DNA of 64,000 nt from Alphaproteobacteria bacterium (GTDB lineage Bacteria > Pseudomonadota > Alphaproteobacteria > UBA828), in contig CBDCCI010000001.1 of the NCBI GenBank assembly GCA_965214705.1, positions 288,001 through 352,000 of the forward strand. Direction: 5' to 3'. Each line of letters opens with the position of its first letter. Within the stretch, counting starts at the first letter, position 1. The position numbers and the translations under genes were made by a program. The notes beneath the pieces are model-generated. The model was not told the origin of the DNA and did not search any database. It was given only the letters and a program-made list of their open reading frames with translations. This document shows, piece after piece, positions 8,665-17,259 of the stretch.

Positions 8665-9609
8665 TTATGCCGCCCGCCCCAAGAGGGCATCGACGTCAGC
8701 CGCCGTGCCGACCGCGCTCGCGCTCAGGCTCCGGTCGATGCGGCGCGCGAGCCCGGTGAGCACCTTGCCGGCGCCGACCTCGATCAGCGTGCCCACCCCT
8801 TCGCTCGCCATAAGAAGCACGCTCTCACGCCAGCGCACCATCGCCGTCACCTGGCGCACCAGCAGCGCCGGCACCTCGGAGGCCTCGTGGACCGGTCGCG
8901 CGGTCACGTTGGAGACCAGCGGGATGGCCAGCGGACTAAAGGAGACGGTCTCGAACGCCGCCGCCATGGTCTCGGCCGCGGGGCTGAGCAGCGGCGAGTG
9001 GAAGGGCGCGCTCACCGGCAGCATCACAGCGCGCTTGACGCCGTGCTCCGGCGCGAGCGCCACCGCGCGCTCCACCGCTGACGCGGCACCGCTCACCACG
9101 ACCTGGCCGGGCGCGTTGTCGTTGCCGATGACGCAGACCTCGCCCTCGGCCGCCGCCTGGGCGATCGCCTCGGCTTGCGCGAGATCGGCGCCAAGCAACG
9201 CGGCCATGGCGCCTGAACCCACCGGCACCGCCTGTTGCATGGCCTCGCCCCGCAGGCGCAACAGGCGCGCCGCATCACCCAGCGCCAGGCAGCCCGCGGC
9301 GGCGAGCGCGGTGTATTCGCCCAGCGAATGGCCCGCGACGAAGGCAGCGCGCTCTGACAGCCGCCAGCCGCCTTCGTCCTCGAGTGCGCGAATGACCGCG
9401 ACCGAGACCGCCATGAGCGCGGGTTGCGCGTTCCGGGTGAGAGTGAGCTCGCTCTCCTCGCCCTCGAAGATGAGCCGTGAGAGAGGCTCGCCAAGCGCCT
9501 CATCCACCTCCTGAAACACGGCGCGGGCGGCCGGGAAGGCATCGTGCAGGTCCCGGCCCATGCTGACCTGCTGGGAGCCCTGTCCGGGAAAGATGATGGC
9601 CGTCGTCAT
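8665..9609 (-). CDS. fabD: malonyl-CoA:ACP transacylase
   Basis: FPGQGSQ, AGHSLGEY, VSAPFHS. Confidence 0.98.
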   Translation of the reverse strand: MTTAIIFPGQGSQQVSMGRDLHDAFPAARAVFQEVDEALGEPLSRLIFEGEESELTLTRNAQPALMAVSVAVIRALEDEGGWRLSERAAFVAGHSLGEYTALAAAGCLALGDAARLLRLRGEAMQQAVPVGSGAMAALLGADLAQAEAIAQAAAEGEVCVIGNDNAPGQVVVSGAASAVERAVALAPEHGVKRAVMLPVSAPFHSPLLSPAAETMAAAFETVSFSPLAIPLVSNVTARPVHEASEVPALLVRQVTAMVRWRESVLLMASEGVGTLIEVGAGKVLTGLARRIDRSLSASAVGTAADVDALLGRAA

Positions 9610-9700
9610 GTGGGAGACTCTCGCGCTTTCGCGACCCCAACGCGCGCGCCGCTACTGACCACGCAGCCCCAGACCTGTCAAGCGAGCGGCTACTGCCCCG

Positions 9701-9729
9701 CTTGCGATGCAAGAATGATGATGTATAGT
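9701..9729 (+). promoter_or_regulatory. sigma70-type promoter of rpsF operon
   Basis: CTTGCG-N17-TATAGT; followed by a GC-rich leader hairpin (about 9745-9774) that may be the S6:S18 autoregulatory element. Confidence 0.5.
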
Positions 9730-9815
9730 CCGCCGCCTGGGTCTGCCGCCTTGCCTTGGAGCGGGGCGGGCGGCCTGTTACGCGCCGCGACCGACATTCA
9801 GGAGAACAGCGCCGC

Positions 9816-10409
9816 ATGCCGCTCTACGAGAGCACCTTTATCGCGCGTCCCGACATCTCGTCCCAGCAGGTGGACGGCCTTGCCGAGCAGTTTCGCGAGA
9901 TTCTGACGGAGGCCGGCGGCGAGATCGCCAAGACCGAGTATTGGGGCCTGCGCAGCCTTGCGTACCGCATCAAGAAAAACCGCAAGGGCCACTATTACTT
10001 CATGAACATCGATGCGCCGCCGGAAGCGATTTCCGCGATGGAGCACACGATGCGCATCAACGAGGACGTCATCCGCTACCTGACTGTGCGGGTCGACGAG
10101 CACGACCCCAACCCGGCGCCGCTCACCCAGTCGCGCGGACGCGGACGCGATGGCCGCGGTGGACGTGGCGGCCGGTGGGAGGGCCGCCGCCGGGACGACG
10201 ACGGCGAAGGCCGGCGCCGCGAGGGCGACGGCGAAGGTCGGCGCCGCGAGGGCGATGGCGACCGTGGTGAGCGCCCTGCGCGCGAGGACGCTGCGCCTGC
10301 TGCCGATGCAAGCGCCAAGGAGGCCGCGAGCGAGACCCCTGTGAGCGAGGCGCCGAGCAGCGGCGAGAGCACGGCGGACAGCGGCGCCGAGGAGAAGAGC
10401 GATGGCTGA
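9816..10409 (+). CDS. rpsF: 30S ribosomal protein S6 with long disordered C-tail
   Basis: [40 protein letters not shown]; AGGAG SD. Confidence 0.97.
   Translation: MPLYESTFIARPDISSQQVDGLAEQFREILTEAGGEIAKTEYWGLRSLAYRIKKNRKGHYYFMNIDAPPEAISAMEHTMRINEDVIRYLTVRVDEHDPNPAPLTQSRGRGRDGRGGRGGRWEGRRRDDDGEGRRREGDGEGRRREGDGDRGERPAREDAAPAADASAKEAASETPVSEAPSSGESTADSGAEEKSDG
10179..10262 (+). repeat. 27-bp coding tandem repeat (EGRRR-E/DG/DDG) in rpsF tail
   Basis: GACGGCGAAGGYCGGCGCCGCGAGGGC repeated about three times. Confidence 0.8.
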
Positions 10410-10788
10410 AGGCGAACGGACCGAGGGCAGCGCGCCTCCCGCCGGTGCAAGCCGACCGGCACCAGCCGGCGACGGCCGCAGGCAGCATCCCTTCGGCGGA
10501 CCGCGCCACGGCGGCGGGCCGGGCGGCGGCCGCGGCGGCGGAGGCGTGCCGATGGTCTCGTTCCCGAGACGGCCGTTCTTCCGCCGCAAGAAGTCGTGCC
10601 CCTTCAGCGGAACCAACGCGCCCAAGATCGACTATCGGGACGTGAAGCTGCTGCAGCGCTTCCTCTCCGAGCGGGGCAAGATCGTGCCGAGCCGCATCAC
10701 CGCGGTCTCGGCCAAGAAGCAGCGGGAGCTCGCACGGGCGATCAAGCGCGCACGCCATCTGGCGCTGCTGCCCTACGTCATCAAGTAG
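10402..10788 (+). CDS. rpsR: 30S ribosomal protein S18 with Gly-rich N-extension
   Basis: [40 protein letters not shown]. Confidence 0.97.
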   Translation: MAEGERTEGSAPPAGASRPAPAGDGRRQHPFGGPRHGGGPGGGRGGGGVPMVSFPRRPFFRRKKSCPFSGTNAPKIDYRDVKLLQRFLSERGKIVPSRITAVSAKKQRELARAIKRARHLALLPYVIK

Positions 10789-10857
10789 ATAGACAAACGG
10801 TCTTCGCCCGGCACCGGTACGGCGGGGCGGGCGATCCGCCAAGCGGGGAACAGGGGC

Positions 10858-11547
10858 ATGGAAGTCATCTTGCTCGAGAGGATCGAGAAGCTCGGCGGGA
10901 TGGGCGATATCGTCGGGGTGAAGGACGGCTATGCCCGCAACTTCTTGCTCCCCCGCAAGAAGGCTCTTCGGGCCACGCCCGAGAACATGCAGCGCTTCGA
11001 GCGGGAGCGCGAGGCGCTGGAGCAGCTCAACAGCGACCGCCGCGATGCCGCCGGCTCGGCCGCGGTCCGGCTCGAGGGCGAGAGCATCATCCTCATCCGC
11101 CAGGCGAGCGACACGCTGCAACTCTACGGCTCCGTCAGCGCGCGTGACATCGCCGAGGCGATGGCCGAGCGCGGCGCCGAGGTCCGGCGCCAGCAGGTGC
11201 GTCTGGACCGCCCGATCAAGGCGCTCGGCGTCCACGACGTGCGGATCGCGCTCCACCCGGAGGTGACGGTGACGGTCAAGGTCAACGTCGCCCGCTCGCC
11301 CGAGGAGGCTGAGATTCAGGCCCGCGGCGGCACGATCCTCGATGAGGCGGAGGACGAGGCAGACGAAGCCGCAGAGGGCGAGGCCACGGACGCGGACGCG
11401 CCGGCAGACGACGCACCCGATACGGCGGATGCCGGCGAGGCAACAGAGCCATCCGAAGCCGCTGGTGAATCAACCGAATCAGCCGAAAGTGCCGGCAACG
11501 CGGACAGTCCCTCAGACGAAGACACGGCCGACGCCCAAGCCGAATAA
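10858..11547 (+). CDS. rplI: 50S ribosomal protein L9 with acidic tail
   Basis: MEVILLE, VKDGYARNFLLP, LYGSV. Confidence 0.98.
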   Translation: MEVILLERIEKLGGMGDIVGVKDGYARNFLLPRKKALRATPENMQRFEREREALEQLNSDRRDAAGSAAVRLEGESIILIRQASDTLQLYGSVSARDIAEAMAERGAEVRRQQVRLDRPIKALGVHDVRIALHPEVTVTVKVNVARSPEEAEIQARGGTILDEAEDEADEAAEGEATDADAPADDAPDTADAGEATEPSEAAGESTESAESAGNADSPSDEDTADAQAE

Positions 11548-11562
11548 TCGAGGCCCCGTGCC

Positions 11563-12777
11563 ATGCTGGTTGCGCCCCTGCTCAGGACGTTGATGAGGCG
11601 GGGCACGCTCCGCGTCATCGATGCGCGGGGCAAGCTCCACACCTTTGCAGGCGAGCCGGGGGACACGGTCACCATCCGGCTGCACGACCGCTCGCTCCAC
11701 TGGAAGCTCCTGTTGAACCCGCGCCTCGTCGTCGGCGAAGCCTACATGGACGGCACGCTGACGATGGAGGATGACGCGACCATCCGTGATTTCCTTCACC
11801 TGGTCGGCGCGAACCTCCACCTGCTCGACGAGAACTCGGTCATCAAGGTGCGCAATTGGCTCGCCCAATGGGTGCGCCCGCTGCAGCAGCACAACCCCGT
11901 CGGCCGCGCCCGGCAGAACGTGTCCCATCACTACGATCTCTCGGACGACCTCTACGACCTCTTCCTCGATCCGGACCGCCAGTATTCCTGCGCCTACTTC
12001 GATACACCCAATCACTCGCTCGAGCAGGCCCAGCACGCCAAGAAGCGCCATCTCGCGTCGAAGCTGCTGCTCGACCGGCCGGGCCTCAGCGTGCTGGACA
12101 TCGGCTCGGGCTGGGGCGGGCTCGGCATCTACTTGCACGAGAAGACCGGCGCCAACGTGACGGGGCTGACCCTGTCCAAAGAGCAGCAGGCCTACGCCGC
12201 GGAGCGCGCACAGAAGCTCGGCATCCAGGATCACGTGGCCTTTCACCTGCGCGACTACCGCGAGGACACTAGCACTTACGACCGGATCGTCTCGGTCGGC
12301 ATGTTTGAGCACGTGGGCGTCAAGCACTACGTCGAGTTCTTCCGCAAGGTAGAGCGCCTGCTCAAGGAGGATGGAGTCGCGCTGCTTCACACCATCGCCC
12401 GCTGGGACGGGCCAAGCGTCACCAACCCGTGGCTGCGCAAGTACATCTTCCCCGGCGGTTATTGCCCCTCGCTCTCCGAAGTCTTCGCCGCGCTGGAGCA
12501 GACCGGCCTGAAATCCCTGGACGTGGAGATGCTGCGCCTGCACTACGCCGATACGCTCAAGCACTGGTCGCGCAACTTCCGGGCGAACCGGGACCGGGTG
12601 AAGACGGTCTACGACGAGCGCTTCTGCCGAATGTGGGAGTTCTACCTCGCGGGTTCGGAGGCCGCCTTTCGCCATCAAGACCACATGGTGGCCCAGATCC
12701 AGCTCGCCCGGCGCCAGGATGCGGCGCCTCTGACCCGCGATTACATGGTGGATTGGGAGCGCGCCCACGCCGCTTGA
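11563..12777 (+). CDS. cfa: cyclopropane-fatty-acyl-phospholipid synthase family methyltransferase
   Basis: HHYDLS, YSCAYF, LDIGSGWG, SVGMFEHVG, YIFPGG, RMWEFYLA. Confidence 0.93.
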   Translation: MLVAPLLRTLMRRGTLRVIDARGKLHTFAGEPGDTVTIRLHDRSLHWKLLLNPRLVVGEAYMDGTLTMEDDATIRDFLHLVGANLHLLDENSVIKVRNWLAQWVRPLQQHNPVGRARQNVSHHYDLSDDLYDLFLDPDRQYSCAYFDTPNHSLEQAQHAKKRHLASKLLLDRPGLSVLDIGSGWGGLGIYLHEKTGANVTGLTLSKEQQAYAAERAQKLGIQDHVAFHLRDYREDTSTYDRIVSVGMFEHVGVKHYVEFFRKVERLLKEDGVALLHTIARWDGPSVTNPWLRKYIFPGGYCPSLSEVFAALEQTGLKSLDVEMLRLHYADTLKHWSRNFRANRDRVKTVYDERFCRMWEFYLAGSEAAFRHQDHMVAQIQLARRQDAAPLTRDYMVDWERAHAA

Positions 12778-12810
12778 GTAGGCGAGGCTCCGCGGGCCGG
12801 TTTCGATCCG

Positions 12811-12939
12811 TTTTCCACAGTGTTGTTCACAGCCCAATAGTCAGGACGGGCCGAGGTCGAGCGGGTTTTGCTCGTAACTAGCGGCCTGTGGATAAGGAAA
12901 GCGTGTAAAGAAATTTCCACGATATCCTCAATTGTCACA
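12811..12939. promoter_or_regulatory. DnaA-box cluster upstream of dnaB
   Basis: TTTTCCACA 12811-12819, TTGTTCACA 12823-12831, TGTGGATAA (perfect TTATCCACA on minus) 12887-12895, weaker ATTTCCACG 12913 and ATTGTCACA 12931. Confidence 0.7.
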
Positions 12940-12987
12940 GGCAGAGCTGCGTAGAGCCGCCGGCCACGCACATGTCATAGTGCCGTC

Positions 12988-14487
12988 ATGGCCACCCGAG
13001 TCCCGCTCCAAGAGGCGTCGGCAGAGACGCCAAGCTATCGCTCTCCACCCAGCAACCTCGAAGCCGAGCAGGCGCTGCTCGGCGCGCTTCTAGTCAACAA
13101 CGAGGCCGCCAGCCTGGTCAGCGCTTTTCTGTTGCCGGAGCACTTCTTCCTGCCGGTGCATGGCCGCATCTACGACGCCGTGCTCCGCATGGTCGAGCGC
13201 GGGCAGATCGCCAACCCCGTGACTCTCAAGCACTATTTCGAGCGCGACGAGGCGCTGGAGGAGGCCGGCGGCGGTCAGTATCTGGCCCGGCTTGCCGGCT
13301 CCGCTGTGACGGTGATCAACGCCGAGCACTACGGCCGGGCAATCCACGACTTGGCGCTGCGCCGCTCCCTCGTCAGCATCGGCGAAGAGGTGGTGAACGA
13401 CGCCTATGACGGGCCGCTCGACCAGCCGGCGGCAGAGCAGATCGAAACGGCCGAGCACAGCCTCTACCAACTTGCCGAGGAGGGCCGCGTCGATCCCGGC
13501 GGGCAGCAGTTCGCCGCGCCGCTGACCAGCGCCGTCGAGATGATCAAGCAGGCCTATCAGCGCGACAGTCGGCTCACCGGCGCGCCGACCGGCTTCAACG
13601 ACCTAGACCGAAAGCTCGGCGGACTGCACCCATCAGACCTGATCATCTTGGCCGGCCGCCCCGGCATGGGGAAGACGGCGCTCGCCACCAATATCGCCTT
13701 CAACGCCGCGTCGCGCTACAGCGAGGGCGGCGAGGGGTCGGAGGGCAGACAGCCAGCCGACGGCGCCAGGGTCGCGCTCTTCTCACTGGAAATGTCGGCC
13801 GAGCAACTTGCGACACGGATCCTCGCCGAACAGACAGGAATTTCGTCCGACAAGCTCCGGCGCGGCGAGGTGCGGGACAGCGATTTTGGCAGGATCGTCC
13901 GGGCGAGCCAGGAGATGGAGGGGCTGCCGCTCTTCATCGACGACTCGCCAGCGCTCACCATCGCGGGCCTTCGTGCCCGCGCCCGCCGCCTCAAGCGCCG
14001 CCACGGCATCTCGCTGATCGTCGTCGACTATCTACAGCTCATGCGCCCGACCACCAGCATGCGGCTCAACAACCGCGTGCAGGAAGTCTCGGAGATCACC
14101 CAGGGCCTCAAGGCGCTGGCCAAGGACCTGAACCTGCCGGTGCTGGCGCTGTCGCAACTCAGCCGTGCGGTGGAGCAGCGTGACGACAAGCGGCCGCAGC
14201 TTGCGGACCTGCGCGAGTCGGGCTCGATCGAACAGGACGCGGACGTGGTGATGTTTATTTACCGCGAGCAGTACTATATCGAGCGCAAGGAACCATCTGT
14301 GGAGAATGCTGCCGATCATGCCGAGTGGAAAGAAAAAATGGAGAAAGTCCACAACAAGGCCGAAATCAACATAGCCAAGCAGCGTCACGGGCCGATCAGC
14401 AAGGTGGAGCTCTATTTCAACGCGTTGCTGACCAAGTTCGACAATCTCGACAGGAGCCATGCGTCGGGCGACGACCCCCCGTTTTAG
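12988..14487 (+). CDS. dnaB: replicative DNA helicase
   Basis: EAEQALLG, GRPGMGKT, FSLEMS, DYLQL, LSQLSR, LRESGSIEQDAD, KQRHG. Confidence 0.99.
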   Translation: MATRVPLQEASAETPSYRSPPSNLEAEQALLGALLVNNEAASLVSAFLLPEHFFLPVHGRIYDAVLRMVERGQIANPVTLKHYFERDEALEEAGGGQYLARLAGSAVTVINAEHYGRAIHDLALRRSLVSIGEEVVNDAYDGPLDQPAAEQIETAEHSLYQLAEEGRVDPGGQQFAAPLTSAVEMIKQAYQRDSRLTGAPTGFNDLDRKLGGLHPSDLIILAGRPGMGKTALATNIAFNAASRYSEGGEGSEGRQPADGARVALFSLEMSAEQLATRILAEQTGISSDKLRRGEVRDSDFGRIVRASQEMEGLPLFIDDSPALTIAGLRARARRLKRRHGISLIVVDYLQLMRPTTSMRLNNRVQEVSEITQGLKALAKDLNLPVLALSQLSRAVEQRDDKRPQLADLRESGSIEQDADVVMFIYREQYYIERKEPSVENAADHAEWKEKMEKVHNKAEINIAKQRHGPISKVELYFNALLTKFDNLDRSHASGDDPPF

Positions 14488-14489
14488 TT

Positions 14490-14682
14490 GGCTCAATTCG
14501 TGATCCGTAGGCATGGCCCAAACATCGCGCTGTGGCAGCCGGAATTCAGCCGATTAGTGCGAGGACGCGGTTGAATTCTCTCGCGAGAGGCCGTCTTTGG
14601 CTTCAATTTGCCGACCAGATGCCTCGAGAGGCGCGTGCCCGCGAGCACTGGCAGCCCATGCCTACGGATCACGAATTGAGCC
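14490..14682. mobile_element. non-autonomous MITE, 27-bp perfect TIRs, 8-bp TSD (IS1595-like geometry)
   Basis: GGCTCAATTCGTGATCCGTAGGCATGG (14490-14516) and its exact reverse complement (14656-14682); TTTTAGTT duplicated at 14482-14489 and 14683-14690. Confidence 0.9.
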
Positions 14683-14715
14683 TTTTAGTTCCCTGTCCGA
14701 GACGTATTCGGGCGT

Positions 14716-15216
14716 TTATGCGGCGGCGATCACCGCTCGTTTGGGAGGACGGGCCGGAACCCGCCCGCCCAGCACATCCAGCAACACCTCAACCCTCTCG
14801 CGCGGCGCGAGCCGCAGGACGACCGCCGCGCACTCCACGAAGGGGCCGATCGCGATGGTGACGGCATCTCCCGGCTTCAAATCGGGCGGCGCGGGCGTGC
14901 TCACGCCGTCGGCCCCGGTCGCCTCCCTCAGTGCCGTGACGAATTCTTCGGGCAGCGCCCGAGGGCGCGGGCCGTCGGCGAGAAGCCGCTTTACTCCGAA
15001 GGTGCCGTTGATGGCGCGCCAGGGCTCGCGCCCGATATCGAATTCCACGAACAGGTAGCCCGGGAAGAGCGGCGCGTACCCGCTCTCGAAGCGCTTTGCG
15101 CGGCGCCGGGAGCGTTCCATCACCGGCAGCCATACCCGATACCCCTGGCGCACCAGGTTTACCTCGGCGCGCTGCTCCTGATGGGGCCGCGTGTGGACCA
15201 CGTACCACTTACTCAT
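14716..15216 (-). CDS. rfaH: RfaH-like NusG-paralogue transcription antiterminator
   Basis: MSKWYVVHTRP..EQRA..NL.RQG, PLFPGYLFVEFD, INGTFGV, KOW-like KPGDAVTIAIGPF; subfamily assignment tentative. Confidence 0.8.
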   Translation of the reverse strand: MSKWYVVHTRPHQEQRAEVNLVRQGYRVWLPVMERSRRRAKRFESGYAPLFPGYLFVEFDIGREPWRAINGTFGVKRLLADGPRPRALPEEFVTALREATGADGVSTPAPPDLKPGDAVTIAIGPFVECAAVVLRLAPRERVEVLLDVLGGRVPARPPKRAVIAAA

Positions 15217-15296
15217 CGCTAACCTCCGACCGACTGCAACTGAGGCGCCGGAACTTTGCTGAACCAGAACCACTCCCAGCCATCATACCTCATTTA

Positions 15297-15333
15297 GAAC
15301 AAATAAGGTATATAAATAGAACAAATACTGTAT
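15297..15333. promoter_or_regulatory. four phased half-sites GAAC-N7-GTAT-N7-GAAC-N7-GTAT (LexA-like operator) in AT-rich divergent promoter
   Basis: 22-bp tandem TAGAACAAATAnnGTATAT; resembles the alphaproteobacterial SOS box GAAC-N7-GAAC/GTAC. Confidence 0.5.
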
Positions 15334-15458
15334 ATGAGGCGGTGATGGCAGCCGGTGCTGTGCCACCGATACAGATATGGGGTGCGACAAGGATGGCCGC
15401 GAGAGCCCCGCTCCACTAACATCCCCGCTCGCATGAACTCGAGCCCGCCGGAGAGACG

Positions 15459-16394
15459 ATGAGCACGACATTCAAGGAGACCGAGTGGATCTGGCGCGAC
15501 GGGGAATTCGTCCGTTGGCAGGACGCCACGGTCCATATCCTGGCCACCGCAGTTCAGTTCGGCTCCTCGGTCTTCGAGGGCATCCGCTGCTACGACACCG
15601 CCGGCGGCCCCACCATCTTCCGCTTGGCCGAGCATCTGAAGCGGCTGCGCAATTCCGCGCGCATCTACCGCATGGAAGTCGGCTACAGCGACGAGGAACT
15701 GACCGAGGCCTGCTTCGCCCTGATCCGGCGCAACGACCTCCGCCACTGTTACATCCGGCCGGTAATCATGCGCGGCTATGGCGCGATCGGAATGGACGGC
15801 ATCGGCAGCCCCATCGAGACCTGGATTCCGGCCTGGGAGTGGGGCGCCTATCTCGGTGAAGAGGCCTTGGAGCGGGGCGTCGACGTCTGCGTTTCCTCCT
15901 GGAGCCGCGCCGCACCCAATACCTTCCCCGGCATGGCCAAGGCGACCGGCCATTACAACAACGCGCAGCTCATCAAGTTGGAGGCGATGGCCAACGGCTT
16001 CGTGGAGGCGATCGCGCTCACGCACGACGGGCTGATCAGCGAGGGCAGCGGCCAGAACCTCTTCGCCGTGATGGACGATGCCCTGCTGACGCCGCCGATC
16101 GACGGCAGCAACCTCTCCGGCATCACGCGGAACGCGGTGCTCACGATCGCCGCCGATCTCGACGTGCCGGTGCGCGAATGCCCGATGCCCCGCGAGCTGC
16201 TCTATTGCGCCGACGAGCTGTTCTTCTCCGGCACCGCGGCGGAGGTCACGCCGATTCGCTCCGTCGACCACATCACCATCGGCCCCGGCGGGATCGGCCC
16301 GGTCACGCGGCGCATCCAACGGCGTTTCTCCGACATCGTGAATGGCCGCTCAAACGACGATCACCGCTGGCTCACCCTGGTCCCGCCTGCCTGA
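15459..16394 (+). CDS. ilvE: branched-chain amino acid aminotransferase (fold IV)
   Basis: FEGIRCY, YIRPV, AKATGHY (PLP Lys), EGSGQNLF, LSGITR, GTAAEVTPI. Confidence 0.92.
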   Translation: MSTTFKETEWIWRDGEFVRWQDATVHILATAVQFGSSVFEGIRCYDTAGGPTIFRLAEHLKRLRNSARIYRMEVGYSDEELTEACFALIRRNDLRHCYIRPVIMRGYGAIGMDGIGSPIETWIPAWEWGAYLGEEALERGVDVCVSSWSRAAPNTFPGMAKATGHYNNAQLIKLEAMANGFVEAIALTHDGLISEGSGQNLFAVMDDALLTPPIDGSNLSGITRNAVLTIAADLDVPVRECPMPRELLYCADELFFSGTAAEVTPIRSVDHITIGPGGIGPVTRRIQRRFSDIVNGRSNDDHRWLTLVPPA

Positions 16395-16441
16395 GCCGGG
16401 TCACGATCGTGGGTACGCCCCTTGCGTAAAGGAAATTCGGC

Positions 16442-17242
16442 ATGACCGAGAGCCACGATCGTGCAGCCGCGCTTGCGGACCGGCTCTTCGCCGAGAACGT
16501 CGAGGGCCTGCCGTTCCGTCGCTTCCGCGGCGTCGACTGCCCGGCGTCCCTGGATGAGGGCTATCGCGTCCAGGACCTGCTCAACCAGCGCTTCGCAGAG
16601 GCCGGGCGGGGTGCCACCGCCGGCTACAAGGTGGGCCTCACCTCCGAGGCCATCCAGACCATGTACGGAAGCGACCAGCCGATCAGCGGCGTGGTCTTCG
16701 AGACGGGGGTACACCGCTCGCCCGCCCGGATCGCGCTCGCGGGCTATACTCACCTTGGAATCGAGTTCGAGCTTGCGGTTGAGATCGGAAGCGATTTCAG
16801 GCTTGAGGATGCTCCGTTCTCGCTCGACGACGCGATCGCTCGCGTCGCCGCCTGCATGCCGGCCTTCGAGCTGATCGAGGATCGCAACGCCGACCACGAC
16901 GACGTCGACGCGCTCTCCATCCTCGTGGACAACGCCTGGTGCGCCGGTGTGGTACTGGGATCGCCCCGAACCGATTGGCGATCGCTCGATCTCGCCACCA
17001 CGCCGGTCTCACTCAGGGTCAACGATGGATCTCCGATGCGGGCGGTGACGGGCGCCGCCATGGGCAACCCGCTGAACTCGCTGGTCTGGCTCGCCAACCA
17101 GCTGGCTTCCCGAGAGACGACACTGGAGGCCGGCATGATCGTGATGACCGGGAGTACGCTCGCCACACAGTTTCCCGTTGAGGGCGACCGCTTCGTCTAC
17201 GAGATCGAGGGGCTGGGCGCGGTGGAAATGACGATCGTTTGA
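16442..17242 (+). CDS. 2-keto-4-pentenoate hydratase / FAH family protein
   Basis: GYKVGLTS, IEFELA, PAFELIEDR, DNA, GNPLNSLVWLAN, MTGS. Confidence 0.88.
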   Translation: MTESHDRAAALADRLFAENVEGLPFRRFRGVDCPASLDEGYRVQDLLNQRFAEAGRGATAGYKVGLTSEAIQTMYGSDQPISGVVFETGVHRSPARIALAGYTHLGIEFELAVEIGSDFRLEDAPFSLDDAIARVAACMPAFELIEDRNADHDDVDALSILVDNAWCAGVVLGSPRTDWRSLDLATTPVSLRVNDGSPMRAVTGAAMGNPLNSLVWLANQLASRETTLEAGMIVMTGSTLATQFPVEGDRFVYEIEGLGAVEMTIV

Positions 17243-17259
17243 GCCTTCGATCCAGTCCC

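Noticed and set aside
14532-14861. ORFs across the MITE (MPTDHELS motif appearing twice)
   Set aside because: Artefact of the inverted repeats read on both strands; no transposase motifs
15336-15350. GGCGGTGA as an RfaH ops element
   Set aside because: Does not match GGCGGTAGnnTG and is not in front of a long operon; a common GC-rich word
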